Source: Pyrinomonadaceae bacterium (GTDB taxonomy: Bacteria; Acidobacteriota; Blastocatellia; Pyrinomonadales; Pyrinomonadaceae). From it: a stretch of 24,000 nucleotides of DNA. The translations under genes and the position numbers were made by a program. The DNA is taken from the NCBI GenBank assembly GCA_036389315.1, contig DASVQF010000028.1:7429-31428 (forward strand). Reading direction: 5' to 3'. The notes under the pieces are model-generated. The model was not told the DNA's origin. It was given only the letters and a program-made list of their open reading frames with translations, and ran no database searches. Positions 1-7,871 of the stretch are shown here, piece after piece. The number at the start of each line of letters is the position of its first letter. Within the stretch, counting starts at the first letter, position 1.

Positions 1-65
1 ACCCTCGGCCCACATAATAAGGGTTCAGCGCAGATGGCCCGGAGTACTCTTAGAGGATCACGCCC

Positions 66-2348
66 TTGAGCTATAAACCGCAACCTCTCGACACGGAACG
101 GGTCACTCTTCCCCCGGAGATTATCGAGCTTACGGAGCAATTGGCCCGCAATGCGCACGAGAACTGGGCGCGGAAGCGTCTGGCGGACGGCTGGCGCTAT
201 GGCCCTCGGCGCGATGACGCGCGCAAGGAGCATCCCGGCCTTGTCCCTTACGACGAGTTGAGCGAAGAGGAGAAGCAGTATGATCGCACGACCGCCCTTG
301 AGACGCTGAAGGCGATACTGCTCCTCGGCTATCGCCTGGATGCGCCGAGCCGCGAGGGCGGCGAAGAGGCTCACGCTTCGACCGACAACGAGCTGGCGGC
401 CTTGCGAGCGACGCTCGACAACCTGAGCACGCTTGATCTGGCCTCACTCTTCACGCTCTGGCAGTCTCACAACCCCGAGCAGTGGTCTAGCACGCCGGAC
501 ATCTACATCAGCCTCGGCGACCAGATACTCAAGTCGGGCGAGCCGCTGCTGGCCCACGACGTTCTGCTCGAAGGCTTGAAGCATTGGCCCATGAACGTGC
601 GTCTCAGGCAGTTGCAGGCTCTCGCCCTGGCGCGCAGCGGCGCGACCCAGCGGGCCAACAGCATTCTCATACAGCTTCACAAAGAGGGGCACACGGACGA
701 GGAGACCCTCGGGCTGCTGGCGCGCACGCATAAGGATTTGTGGGCCCGCTCGGCCGACCCCGAAGAACGCGCCCGCCAGTTGCGCCTGGCCCACCTGGTC
801 TACATCGAAGCCTATACTTTGAGCGGCGGCTACTGGACTGGAATCAACGCGGCGACGATGGCGCTCTTGATGGGCCAAAGGGAGCAGGCCGCGCAGTTGG
901 CCCAGGAGGTACACGAAGCTTGTCTGATGGAGTTGGCGAAGACCAGGGACGGAGACGCCAATCGCTATTGGCTGCTGGCGACTTTGGGCGAAGCGGCTTT
1001 GATCCTGGGCCAATGGCGCGAGGCCGAGGATTGGTACGCGCAGGCTGCTGCTCTGGGGCGCGGGCGCTTCGCCGAGCTGAACTCGACGCGCCGCAACGCC
1101 CGCCTCATCATAGACGCGCTCGGGGGCGTGCGCGAGCCCTTCGAGCATTACTTTCAGATTCCGAGCGTCGTCGTCTTCGCGGGCCACATGATAGACAGGC
1201 CCGAGCGCATGAGGCCGCGCTTTCCTCCGCAGCTTGAGCGGCGCCTGCAGGCGGCCATCGCCGGGCGTCTCAAAAGATTGAATGCGGGGGTGGGCTACGC
1301 TTCGGCTGCCTGCGGCTCGGACATCCTCTTTCTGGAAACCCTTCAGGAGATGGGCGGCGAGACGCACGTCGTCCTGCCCTACAATCAGAAACAGTTCATA
1401 GAGGACAGCGTGGAGATCGTCCCCCAGACGGATTGGGGCGCGCGCTTTGAGCAGGTCTTGCGTCGCTCGACGGATGTGCTGGTCGCCTCAGAGCAGAGGA
1501 TGGAGGGCGGCGTGCCCTTCGAGTACACGAACCTCTTGCTGCACGGAATGGCGAGCATTCGCGCCGACCAGTTAGAGACGGAGCTGATACCGCTCGTCGT
1601 GTGGGACGGGAAACGTGGCGACGGCGCGGGCGGAACCGAAAGCATCGTCAATCACTGGCGAGCGATGGGCCACCGCGTAGAGGTCATAGACCTGGCGGAG
1701 CTACTGCGCGAGGAGTGCCCGGAGCTGAGCGTTGGGCCAACGGAGCACGAAGCCCCGTTGCAGGAGGCCACGCCCGAGGAGACTGAGGCTGCGGAGTTCA
1801 CCACGCAGATGATCGCCATCCTCTTTGCCGATGCGGTCAACTTCAGCCGCCTCACAGAAGACGAGCTGCCCCGTTTCGTCCGCCACTTCCTCGGGATGAT
1901 CGGCGAGCTGGCCCTCGGCTCGCGCCATGCTCCGGTGATGAAGAACACCTGGGGCGACGGGCTCTACTTTGTTTTCCGCAGCGTGCGCGACGCAGGGCAG
2001 TTCGCGCTTGAGCTGGCCGAGCGCGTGGGCCACACCGACTGGACTGAGAAGGGCTTGCCGAAAGATATGAACCTGCGCATAGCCCTGCACGCCGGGCCCG
2101 TCTACGCCTGCATTGATCCGGTCACGCGCCAGCCCAATTACATCGGCACGCACGTCAGCCGCGCCGCGCGCATCGAGCCCATCACGCCGCCCGGACAGGT
2201 CTACGCCAGCCAGGCGTTTGCCGCCCTCGCCTCGGCCCAGCACGTCACGGAGTTCACCTGCGACTACGTGGGCCAAACCCCGCTCGCCAAAGGCTACGGC
2301 GTCTTTCCCACCTACCACGTCAGAAAGACAATGATGAAGGATGAATGA
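66..2348 (+). CDS. Multidomain signalling protein: N-terminal RyR domain, TPR-like helical region, SLOG/Rossmann-like module, C-terminal class III adenylate/guanylate cyclase domain
   Basis: 760-aa ORF with a TTG start at 66 and GAGGA 8 nt upstream. aa ~17-90 (NWARKRLADGWRYGPRRDDARKEHPGLVPYDELSEEEKQYDR) fit the RyR-domain consensus. aa ~585-745 (ILFADAVNFSRL, WGDGLYFVF, LRIALHAGPV, GTHVSRAARIE) fit the class III cyclase core. The middle part (VVVFAGH, AACGSDILFLE, VVWDGKRGDGAGGT) looks like a LOG/SLOG-type Rossmann module preceded by TPR-like helices. Confidence 0.85.
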   Translation: MSYKPQPLDTERVTLPPEIIELTEQLARNAHENWARKRLADGWRYGPRRDDARKEHPGLVPYDELSEEEKQYDRTTALETLKAILLLGYRLDAPSREGGEEAHASTDNELAALRATLDNLSTLDLASLFTLWQSHNPEQWSSTPDIYISLGDQILKSGEPLLAHDVLLEGLKHWPMNVRLRQLQALALARSGATQRANSILIQLHKEGHTDEETLGLLARTHKDLWARSADPEERARQLRLAHLVYIEAYTLSGGYWTGINAATMALLMGQREQAAQLAQEVHEACLMELAKTRDGDANRYWLLATLGEAALILGQWREAEDWYAQAAALGRGRFAELNSTRRNARLIIDALGGVREPFEHYFQIPSVVVFAGHMIDRPERMRPRFPPQLERRLQAAIAGRLKRLNAGVGYASAACGSDILFLETLQEMGGETHVVLPYNQKQFIEDSVEIVPQTDWGARFEQVLRRSTDVLVASEQRMEGGVPFEYTNLLLHGMASIRADQLETELIPLVVWDGKRGDGAGGTESIVNHWRAMGHRVEVIDLAELLREECPELSVGPTEHEAPLQEATPEETEAAEFTTQMIAILFADAVNFSRLTEDELPRFVRHFLGMIGELALGSRHAPVMKNTWGDGLYFVFRSVRDAGQFALELAERVGHTDWTEKGLPKDMNLRIALHAGPVYACIDPVTRQPNYIGTHVSRAARIEPITPPGQVYASQAFAALASAQHVTEFTCDYVGQTPLAKGYGVFPTYHVRKTMMKDE

Positions 2349-2399
2349 AAGAGCTGCTGGCTTTTCATTCATCCTTTCGTCTTCCGCCTTCTGCATTGC
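2329..2399. repeat. Copy 1 of a ~70-82 bp imperfect-palindromic intergenic repeat family (REP/MITE-like)
   Basis: Termini are CAATG (2329-2333) and CATTGC (2394-2399). The core hairpin pairs 2336-2351 with 2361-2377 (GAAGGATGAATGAAAG / CTTTTCATTCATCCTTT), about 15 bp with a 1-nt bulge and a 9-nt loop. It shares GAATGAAAAGC, CTTTCATCCTTCATC and GGCGGAAGG motifs with the copies at 8885-8966 and 22281-22361. It lies between convergent genes and probably acts as a bidirectional terminator. Confidence 0.75.
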
Positions 2400-2401
2400 T
2401 T

Positions 2402-3916
2402 TTACTGCTTGGGCTGCACTGTGATGTAGGCGGGCTGGCCCCGGCGATTGACGAGCAGGAGCACGGGCCTCGTCGTCGGGCGTTGGAGTGCCGCCGTCAG
2501 CTCTTGCGGCGTCCGCACGGGCTGGCGATTGATCTCTTCGATCACGTCGCCCTCGCGGATACCTGCGTCGGCCGCCGGGCCATCCTCGTCAACGCTCGTC
2601 ACGACGACGCCCTTCGCGCCGCTCTGTAGGCCCAGTCGGGACGCCAGCGCCGTCGTCAAAGGCTCGACCGTGATGCCGAGCTTGCCCGTGCTTCTGGAGT
2701 TGGGGCCGCCCGTCCCGGTCTCCGCTCCTTCGTCCTCTCTCTTCTCGGCCGTCAGCTCGCTGACAGTCACTTTAAACTGCTGCTCGCGATTATCGCGCAT
2801 CACCGTGACGGTCGCTTCAGCGCCGGGCGTGGTGCGTGCGACCTGATTGCGCAAGCTATTGCTGTCGGTGACGGGCGTGCCGTTGTAAGCAGTAATCACG
2901 TCGCCACGACGAATGCCAGCGCGCTCGGCGGGGCTTCCGGGCTCGACCTGCGTGACGATTGCGCCGCGCGCCTGCTGAAGCCCGAGGCTGGCGGCCATGT
3001 CGGCCGTGACGGGCTGTATGCCGACGCCCAGTTTGCTGCGGCGCACGCGCCCGGTCTTGACCAGTTGATCCATCACGCCGCGCGCCATATTAGAGGGAAT
3101 GGCGAAGCCTATGCCGATGTTTCCGCCCGAAGGGCTGAGAATCTGCGAGTTGATGCCGATCAGCTCGCCCGAGGTATTGACGAGCGCGCCGCCCGAGTTG
3201 CCGCGATTAATCGCCGCGTCGGTTTGCAGAAAGTCTTCGTAGCTGCCGTCGGAGAGGCCCGTCGAGCGACCCTTAGCGGAGATGATGCCGGAGGTCACTG
3301 TCTGGCCTATGCCGAGCGGGTTGCCGATGGCCAGCACCACGTCGCCTACACGCACGCTGTCGGAATCTCCGAGCGGCAGCGCCGGCAAGCCCGTCGCATC
3401 AATTTTGAGGACGGCCAGGTCGCTCAGCTTGTCCGTGCCGATCACTCGGGCATCGAACGTGCGATTGTCCGTCAGCTCGACCTTAATCACAGTCGCGTCT
3501 TCGACGACGTGATTGTTGGTCACGATGTAGCCACTAGGAGTCACGATCACGCCCGAGCCGGTGGCGCTCGCCTTGCGCTCACGCTGCGGCGCGCCCGGCG
3601 TTCCCTGCCCGAATGGAAACGGGAAAGGAAACGGAAACTCTTCGACCTGGCCCTGTCGCACGCGCATCTCCGAACGAATTGTGACGACGGCGGGCGCTAC
3701 GCGGCTGACGACATCGGCGTAAGAGGTCGCGACCGCCGGCGTGGCGCTGCTGCCGCCGCTCGCGGAAGCTGGCCGCTCCGCGACGGCCAACTTCTGCGCG
3801 AAAGAAGCCTGGCCCGCAAAGGCCAGGAGCGAAATCATCATCACGACCAGCACAAGACTTTGCCGAGCGCCGGCCGCAACCTTCATGCCCTTCACTAAAA
3901 ATCTTTTGGTTCTCAT
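2402..3916 (-). CDS. htrA: HtrA/DegP/DegQ-family periplasmic serine endoprotease with two PDZ domains
   Basis: Signal-peptide-like N-terminus (MKVAAGARQSLVLVVMMISLLAFAGQASFA). Trypsin-fold triad context is present (TNNHVV, DLAVLK, GNSGGALV). There are two PDZ-like segments (VEPGSPAERAGIRRGDVI and VDEDGPAADAGIREGDVI). The start is ambiguous between ATG 3925, ATG 3916 (GAGG 9 nt upstream, chosen) and ATG 3886. Confidence 0.9.
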   Translation of the reverse strand: MRTKRFLVKGMKVAAGARQSLVLVVMMISLLAFAGQASFAQKLAVAERPASASGGSSATPAVATSYADVVSRVAPAVVTIRSEMRVRQGQVEEFPFPFPFPFGQGTPGAPQRERKASATGSGVIVTPSGYIVTNNHVVEDATVIKVELTDNRTFDARVIGTDKLSDLAVLKIDATGLPALPLGDSDSVRVGDVVLAIGNPLGIGQTVTSGIISAKGRSTGLSDGSYEDFLQTDAAINRGNSGGALVNTSGELIGINSQILSPSGGNIGIGFAIPSNMARGVMDQLVKTGRVRRSKLGVGIQPVTADMAASLGLQQARGAIVTQVEPGSPAERAGIRRGDVITAYNGTPVTDSNSLRNQVARTTPGAEATVTVMRDNREQQFKVTVSELTAEKREDEGAETGTGGPNSRSTGKLGITVEPLTTALASRLGLQSGAKGVVVTSVDEDGPAADAGIREGDVIEEINRQPVRTPQELTAALQRPTTRPVLLLVNRRGQPAYITVQPKQ

Positions 3917-3979
3917 AACTCTCATCCTCGGATTCCTGCTCTCTCATCCGAACTGTTCGGCCTTTGCCTTTCGGCCGCT

Positions 3980-4546
3980 TCAGTACAGCTCACCCTTGCT
4001 ATCCTCCGTGCGCAGGTTGTTCGTCACGGAGAAGGAGCCCGGCACGGTTCTGGCCGCCATGTAGGCCAACTGGCTGTCCATCTTGTTTGCGACCACGCCT
4101 TCCAGGGTCACATGGCCGCGCTTGACGACGATGTGTATGGAAGGGTTCGCGCCCAGGGCGTAGCGGTAGAGACTGCCCGTGTTGAAGATGCTGCGATAGG
4201 TGCGCAGCCGTATCTCGTCGTCGAAGGGTGAGAGCGGCAGCACCTCTATCTGGTTGACGACGCGCTCGATGCCCGGAATGCGAGCGACGCGCGCGCCCGC
4301 ATCGCTTCTGGTGGTCGGGCGCACGACCTGCCCGTAGAGCGTCACAGTACCTCCCTCGACCTTGTAAGCGAGGTTATCGAATACTCCGTACCAGGGCAGC
4401 GTCACCAGCTCCTTGCGTATCTTCTCCACGATCTGTTCGTGGCCGAGCACGCGCTCGTCAGTCTTTGCCGGAGCGGCGAAGGCAGACGATGCGGCTATCA
4501 AGAGCACGGCGACAATTGCGATCAATCCGGTCTTAATCTTATTCAT
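3980..4546 (-). CDS. Secreted BON-domain protein (OsmY-like)
   Basis: The track ORF 3980-4753 was trimmed to ATG 4546, which begins a signal peptide (MNKIKTGLIAIVAVLLIAASSAFA). Two BON-like repeats are present (VTLYGQVVRPTTRSDAGARVARIPGIERVVNQIEV and VTLEGVVANKMDSQLAYMAARTVPGSFSVTNNL). The discarded upstream extension is Arg/Ser-rich and overlaps the MarR gene. Confidence 0.8.
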   Translation of the reverse strand: MNKIKTGLIAIVAVLLIAASSAFAAPAKTDERVLGHEQIVEKIRKELVTLPWYGVFDNLAYKVEGGTVTLYGQVVRPTTRSDAGARVARIPGIERVVNQIEVLPLSPFDDEIRLRTYRSIFNTGSLYRYALGANPSIHIVVKRGHVTLEGVVANKMDSQLAYMAARTVPGSFSVTNNLRTEDSKGELY

Positions 4547-4595
4547 ACTCTTTAAATTTCCCTTCCCCTTTTGCTTGATCTGAAACTTCCCCCTT

Positions 4596-5069
4596 TTAAC
4601 TTTCCAGCCCTCTCTTCGTGATCTTTCGTTCGTAATCTTCGAGGGCCGCGACCATCTTTTCCAGGGCCGCGACGACCTGCGCCTGCTCCTCCTCCCCGAG
4701 GCTTTTGAAAGCCTCGCCGAAGATGAAGGAGCGGCGCTGGCGGAACTGGTCAACCAGGCGCTTGCCGCGAGGGGTGATGGCGAGCTGTATGGAGCGCCTG
4801 TCGGAGTCGCCCGTCCGGCGCTCTATGAGGCGCTTGCGCACCAGGCGATCTGTCAATTGCGTGCTGGCCGGGGCGGAAATCCCCAGCTCCAAAGCCAGTT
4901 GCCCGGTCAGGACTGGCCCGCGCCGCAGCAGCCTCAAGACCTGCGCCTGCAAGAGCGTCAGGTCAAGCTCGGCCAGGTGCTTCTGGTGCTGCTCGACGAG
5001 CAGCTTCGACATCACTTCCGCGAAGCTGTTCATAACCTCCAGCGCCCGCGCGGGCGAGACGGTCGCCAT
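4596..5069 (-). CDS. MarR-family transcriptional regulator
   Basis: The winged-HTH core (LTLLQAQVLRLLRRGPVLTGQLALELGISAPASTQLTDRLVRKRLIERRTGDSDRRSIQLAITPRGKRLV) is typical of the MarR family. The gene lies 49 nt upstream of the BON gene on the same strand. Confidence 0.85.
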   Translation of the reverse strand: MATVSPARALEVMNSFAEVMSKLLVEQHQKHLAELDLTLLQAQVLRLLRRGPVLTGQLALELGISAPASTQLTDRLVRKRLIERRTGDSDRRSIQLAITPRGKRLVDQFRQRRSFIFGEAFKSLGEEEQAQVVAALEKMVAALEDYERKITKRGLES

Positions 5070-5249
5070 TCATCCCTCTCCTGCTGCTTAATCTGGCTGC
5101 ATATTTAAGATGCCTTAACCAAAGCGGAGTTGCCCGGGCTGCGGGCCCCCGTGGAGAGCCGTACAACGTTTCGCCGGACGCAACATCTAAACCGTGACTT
5201 GGCAGCAGGTTTTTATTTGCCGAGAAGGTTTTTAACAAGCGGAGAAGAG

Positions 5250-5624
5250 ATGTCATACACGGAATTTGAACAGAGCACGGGGCCGCGTTTCCTGGTCAAC
5301 CTGCCGGTGCGTGCGGAATGGGACGAGGAGACGACGGGCAAGCGTATCGTCGCCGAAGGGACGACGGAGAACGTCGGCCCGGCGGGAGCATTGGTCACTT
5401 TCGAGCGGCTCCCGGCCGTCGGCAGCCGTATACGCCTCAGCGTGGCGGGCGCGCGCGGCTCTCATATCGAAACGGTGGCGGAGGTCGTCCGCCTGGTACG
5501 CGACCTGCGCCAGCCGCTCGCCTCTCTTTCGATCATCAAGTCGAAGAAGGAATGGCGCGGCAATGTCTGGGAACCGGCCAGGCTTCAGGCCACACAGCCG
5601 GCCTCGGCGAAGGATGAAGAATAA
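5250..5624 (+). CDS. Small PilZ-like domain protein (degenerate motifs)
   Basis: The track ORF was trimmed to ATG 5250, which has GGAGAAG just upstream. PRFLVNLPVRAEW...AEGTTENVGPAGALVTFERLPAVGSRIRLSV...AEVVR resembles the PilZ beta-barrel and a (D/N)xSxxG-like segment. No clear RxxxR motif is present, so c-di-GMP binding is uncertain. Confidence 0.5.
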   Translation: MSYTEFEQSTGPRFLVNLPVRAEWDEETTGKRIVAEGTTENVGPAGALVTFERLPAVGSRIRLSVAGARGSHIETVAEVVRLVRDLRQPLASLSIIKSKKEWRGNVWEPARLQATQPASAKDEE

Positions 5625-5675
5625 GCTGTCAGGCGGTAGCTCGATAGCTCGCGCGAGCTATTAAAAACTAAGAAA

Positions 5676-5730
5676 GGGTGAAACCTCCTCTGGCCTTGTC
5701 AAGCCACAGGTTTCACCCTTTTCGCTTTGC
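5676..5730. terminator. Bidirectional Rho-independent terminator between convergent genes
   Basis: A perfect 10-bp stem pairs GGGTGAAACC (5676-5685) with GGTTTCACCC (5709-5718), with an inner TGGC/GCCA pairing. It is followed by TTTTCGCTTTG on the plus strand and by TTTCTTAGTTTTTAAT on the minus strand. A separate 18-bp perfect palindrome, ATAGCTCGCGCGAGCTAT, sits at 5644-5661. Confidence 0.6.
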
Positions 5731-5737
5731 TCTTTCT

Positions 5738-6241
5738 TTATGGCTGCGGGGCGGAGGCGGACTGCGCCGTATCGGTCGTGCCGCCCTCCTGCGAGCCTCC
5801 CGCAACGTCAGCGCCCAGCAGCTCTTTGATCTTGCCCGTGAGCGCCGGCAGCACCACTTCGCGCCCGGCCCTCGACAGCTCATTCAACAAGCGGTCTCCG
5901 AGGCTCGAAAGCTCCTCCTGTAAACGGTCGAAAGCCTGCGTGTTCTTGAACTTTTCGATCAGGCCCGGTTTGCCCGCGCCTTCCGCCAGCCCCCAATCCT
6001 GTTTGCCGCTGACGTAGGACGTGTGCTCGGCCGCCGCACTCGCCGTGAGGCCGCCCTGCGACCCTGCATCCTCTTCGCCGAACGCACCGGCCAGCCCGTA
6101 GCCGACCAGAATGCCTGCCGCCAGCGCGCCCGCGCTGAATGCCAGGGGGTGCTCGCTGATCTGCGCCCGCCAGTCAAAGCCGCCCGCAGCAGTCGCCGCC
6201 GCTGCTCCGCTCTGATCGTTTGAAGATAATTGACTAGACAT
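5738..6241 (-). CDS. Hypothetical protein with one predicted transmembrane helix
   Basis: The track ORF 5738-6445 was trimmed to ATG 6241 (MSSQLSSNDQSG). The upstream extension runs through a lower-GC, non-coding-looking stretch. There is a hydrophobic segment (LAFSAGALAAGILVGYGLAGAF) and then a helical C-terminal half. I recognise no family. Confidence 0.55.
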   Translation of the reverse strand: MSSQLSSNDQSGAAAATAAGGFDWRAQISEHPLAFSAGALAAGILVGYGLAGAFGEEDAGSQGGLTASAAAEHTSYVSGKQDWGLAEGAGKPGLIEKFKNTQAFDRLQEELSSLGDRLLNELSRAGREVVLPALTGKIKELLGADVAGGSQEGGTTDTAQSASAPQP

Positions 6242-6715
6242 ATCTGCTCTCCCTGCTCGTTTAAGAGAATTTAAGCATTGCCCCGCGACCCTATCCGAGT
6301 ATTGATGTTTTGTTATTACAGAGATTTCACGGATTCGTTGCCGGAAGGAGCCTGCTTGCAAGTGGGGCCGGGATAGTGCATGATGGACTGGTTGGTTCTC
6401 CTTCTCTCGCGCATCAGCGGCGATCTGGCCCCGCACCTCGATCAATTTGGCGGCGGCGTTACGGATAGTTCGAGAGCAGGCTGATTTTGTTCAATTTCAG
6501 AAGCCACTTTCGCCACCGAGATAGCATCCCGTTCGCAAAAGCCTTTAACGGCCGCCGCCTGCGCCGAAGCGACCTTGAGCGTGAAGCTTCTTTTCATTTC
6601 CCCCGACAGAGGAAACGGATATACGTATGTCCGGACAATAGCGGGGCTCGCTGGCCCGGCCCTGAAACGTGAATGCTGAGACGCGCATCTAACCTATTAA
6701 AAGGAGAAATTTAGT

Positions 6716-6937
6716 TTGGCAAAAGAAGATCTTATTCCGGCGGAGGGCGTCGTGGTGGACAAGCTGCCCAACGCCTTCTTCAAAGTGAGACTCGACGGCA
6801 GCGACCATGTCGTTATGGCGCAGATTTCCGGCAAGATGCGCAAGAACTTTATCCGCATTCTGGCCGGCGACCGCGTGAGCGTCGAGCTTTCACCTTATGA
6901 TCTGACCAAGGGCCGCATTACTTATCGCTATAAATAG
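6716..6937 (+). CDS. infA: Translation initiation factor IF-1
   Basis: The 73-aa product ([72 protein letters not shown]) is an unmistakable IF-1 S1-like OB fold. The start is TTG, preceded by AAAGGAGAAA. Confidence 0.95.
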   Translation: MAKEDLIPAEGVVVDKLPNAFFKVRLDGSDHVVMAQISGKMRKNFIRILAGDRVSVELSPYDLTKGRITYRYK

Positions 6938-6994
6938 GGCTTGAGACGGCTGCACACCGAAGAGGCGGACATCAGCCACGGAGAGAAGGATATA

Positions 6995-7351
6995 ATGGAA
7001 AAACAGATTTACGCAGTCGGTGATCGTGTCGAGAAATTGTGTGACGTGTGCGAGGAAGAGCGCGGCCATGTCGTCGCATCCGTCACCAAGCGCGGCACTA
7101 TCTCGCGCGTCAGTTGCCCGAAATGCGGAACGCGCAGCGCCTACAAGAGCCGGGAGGCGGACGGGCATGTGCGTGCGACGGCGAAATCCGGGGCCCCTTA
7201 TGATCGGACGCGCACCTATCGCGCCGGACAGACCATGATGCATCCGGTCTACGGCATGGGCGAGGTGACGGCCGTCATCGAGCCGCAGAAGATAGACGTG
7301 CTTTTTCCCGACCGCATGCGCCGTTTGATTCATTCCCGTGCTCAAGCGTAG
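6995..7351 (+). CDS. Hypothetical zinc-ribbon protein with DUF3553-like C-terminal motif
   Basis: Trimmed to ATG 6995. Four Cys form a zinc ribbon (CDVCEEERGH...CPKCGTRS). The C-terminal YRAGQTMMHPVYGMGEVTAVIEPQKIDVLFPD resembles the small G-x-V-x-H-x-x-F/Y-G-x-G-x-V domain I recall as DUF3553 or the CarD N-terminus. This recall is unverified. Confidence 0.5.
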   Translation: MEKQIYAVGDRVEKLCDVCEEERGHVVASVTKRGTISRVSCPKCGTRSAYKSREADGHVRATAKSGAPYDRTRTYRAGQTMMHPVYGMGEVTAVIEPQKIDVLFPDRMRRLIHSRAQA

Positions 7352-7574
7352 AAGATTGAAGACCCTCGCCCTGCGCAAAAGGCAGCGCCGCAGAATCCTT
7401 CCCGCCTGGACGCGCGCCGGGATGCCTCTGACGTTTCGCGCAGAGGTCATGCCCGGACGCTCTGCCAGCGAGCGTACATATACTGTGCTGCGCATACTGG
7501 CGAGCGGGCGAGTCGAGCTGATCGGAATGGCTGGACAGCACGGCGCGGCGGAATTTGAACCGGCGCGGGCTTGA
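7338..7574 (+). CDS. Possible small hypothetical protein (may start at ATG 7422)
   Basis: Open frame with GC-rich third codon positions. The N-terminal 28 aa are Arg/Lys-rich and overlap the previous gene. A 50-aa version starting at ATG 7422 (MPLTFRAEVMPGRSASERTYTVLRILASGRVELIG) is equally possible. I recognise no family. Confidence 0.3.
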   Translation: MLKRRRLKTLALRKRQRRRILPAWTRAGMPLTFRAEVMPGRSASERTYTVLRILASGRVELIGMAGQHGAAEFEPARA

Positions 7575-7601
7575 GCCGCTCGGCCCGCGAGCGAAACCTT
7601 A

Positions 7602-7871
7602 ATGAGCAATCATCCCCTATACGTCAAAGAAGACCCCGCTTCGAGGAGAATCGAGCTGCGCGAGCGCGGCATCTACAGCTTTCCCGACGGCGAGGAGTTT
7701 GTGGCGAGCGTGGCGCGCGGCGGCGGCTACGCGCTCTACGACCCGCAGGTCTGGAAGCGTTACGGGATGCCCGATTACGAGATAGATGCTAAGGGGCGTA
7801 TGACGCACGTCGGCCAATCGACGCACTGGCGCATAGAAGACCTGACCGATACTGGGCGGACGGCCGATTGA
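7602..7871 (+). CDS. Hypothetical protein (89 aa)
   Basis: ATG-initiated ORF with balanced, globular-looking composition (MSNHPLYVKEDPASRRIELRERGIYSFPDGEEFVASVARGGGYALYDPQVWKRYG). No obvious Shine-Dalgarno sequence and no recognised family. Confidence 0.5.
   Translation: MSNHPLYVKEDPASRRIELRERGIYSFPDGEEFVASVARGGGYALYDPQVWKRYGMPDYEIDAKGRMTHVGQSTHWRIEDLTDTGRTAD

Noticed and set aside
66-2348. Calling the cyclase protein a Pycsar- or CBASS-type anti-phage signalling system.
   Set aside because: No adjacent effector gene is present (no TIR, transmembrane, patatin or endonuclease with a cNMP-binding domain). The neighbouring gene is a convergently transcribed housekeeping-type HtrA protease. The large multidomain architecture is unlike the compact defence cyclases.
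3600-3645. Hexanucleotide-periodic stretch (GGAAAC/GGGAAA) encoding FPFPFPFPF inside htrA.
   Set aside because: It is in frame within a well-supported CDS, in a loop region of the protease domain. It is a short low-complexity peptide repeat rather than an independent DNA element. It might be slippage-prone, but there is no evidence of a frameshift here.
3980-4753. N-terminal extensions of several track ORFs: 3980-4753, 5130-5624, 5738-6445, 9676-10389, 14526-15077, 15771-16271.
   Set aside because: The extensions overlap neighbouring genes or cross non-coding-looking sequence, and they are compositionally aberrant. Internal starts give proper signal peptides, RBS spacing or canonical N-termini, for example MSFNKIIVVGNLG for SSB.
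5095-5135. Possible MarR operator: repeated TTAA-containing decamers TTAATCTGGC and TTAAGATGCC upstream of the MarR gene.
   Set aside because: They are imperfect direct repeats rather than the inverted repeat expected for a MarR dimer, and the match is short. This is not enough to call a site.
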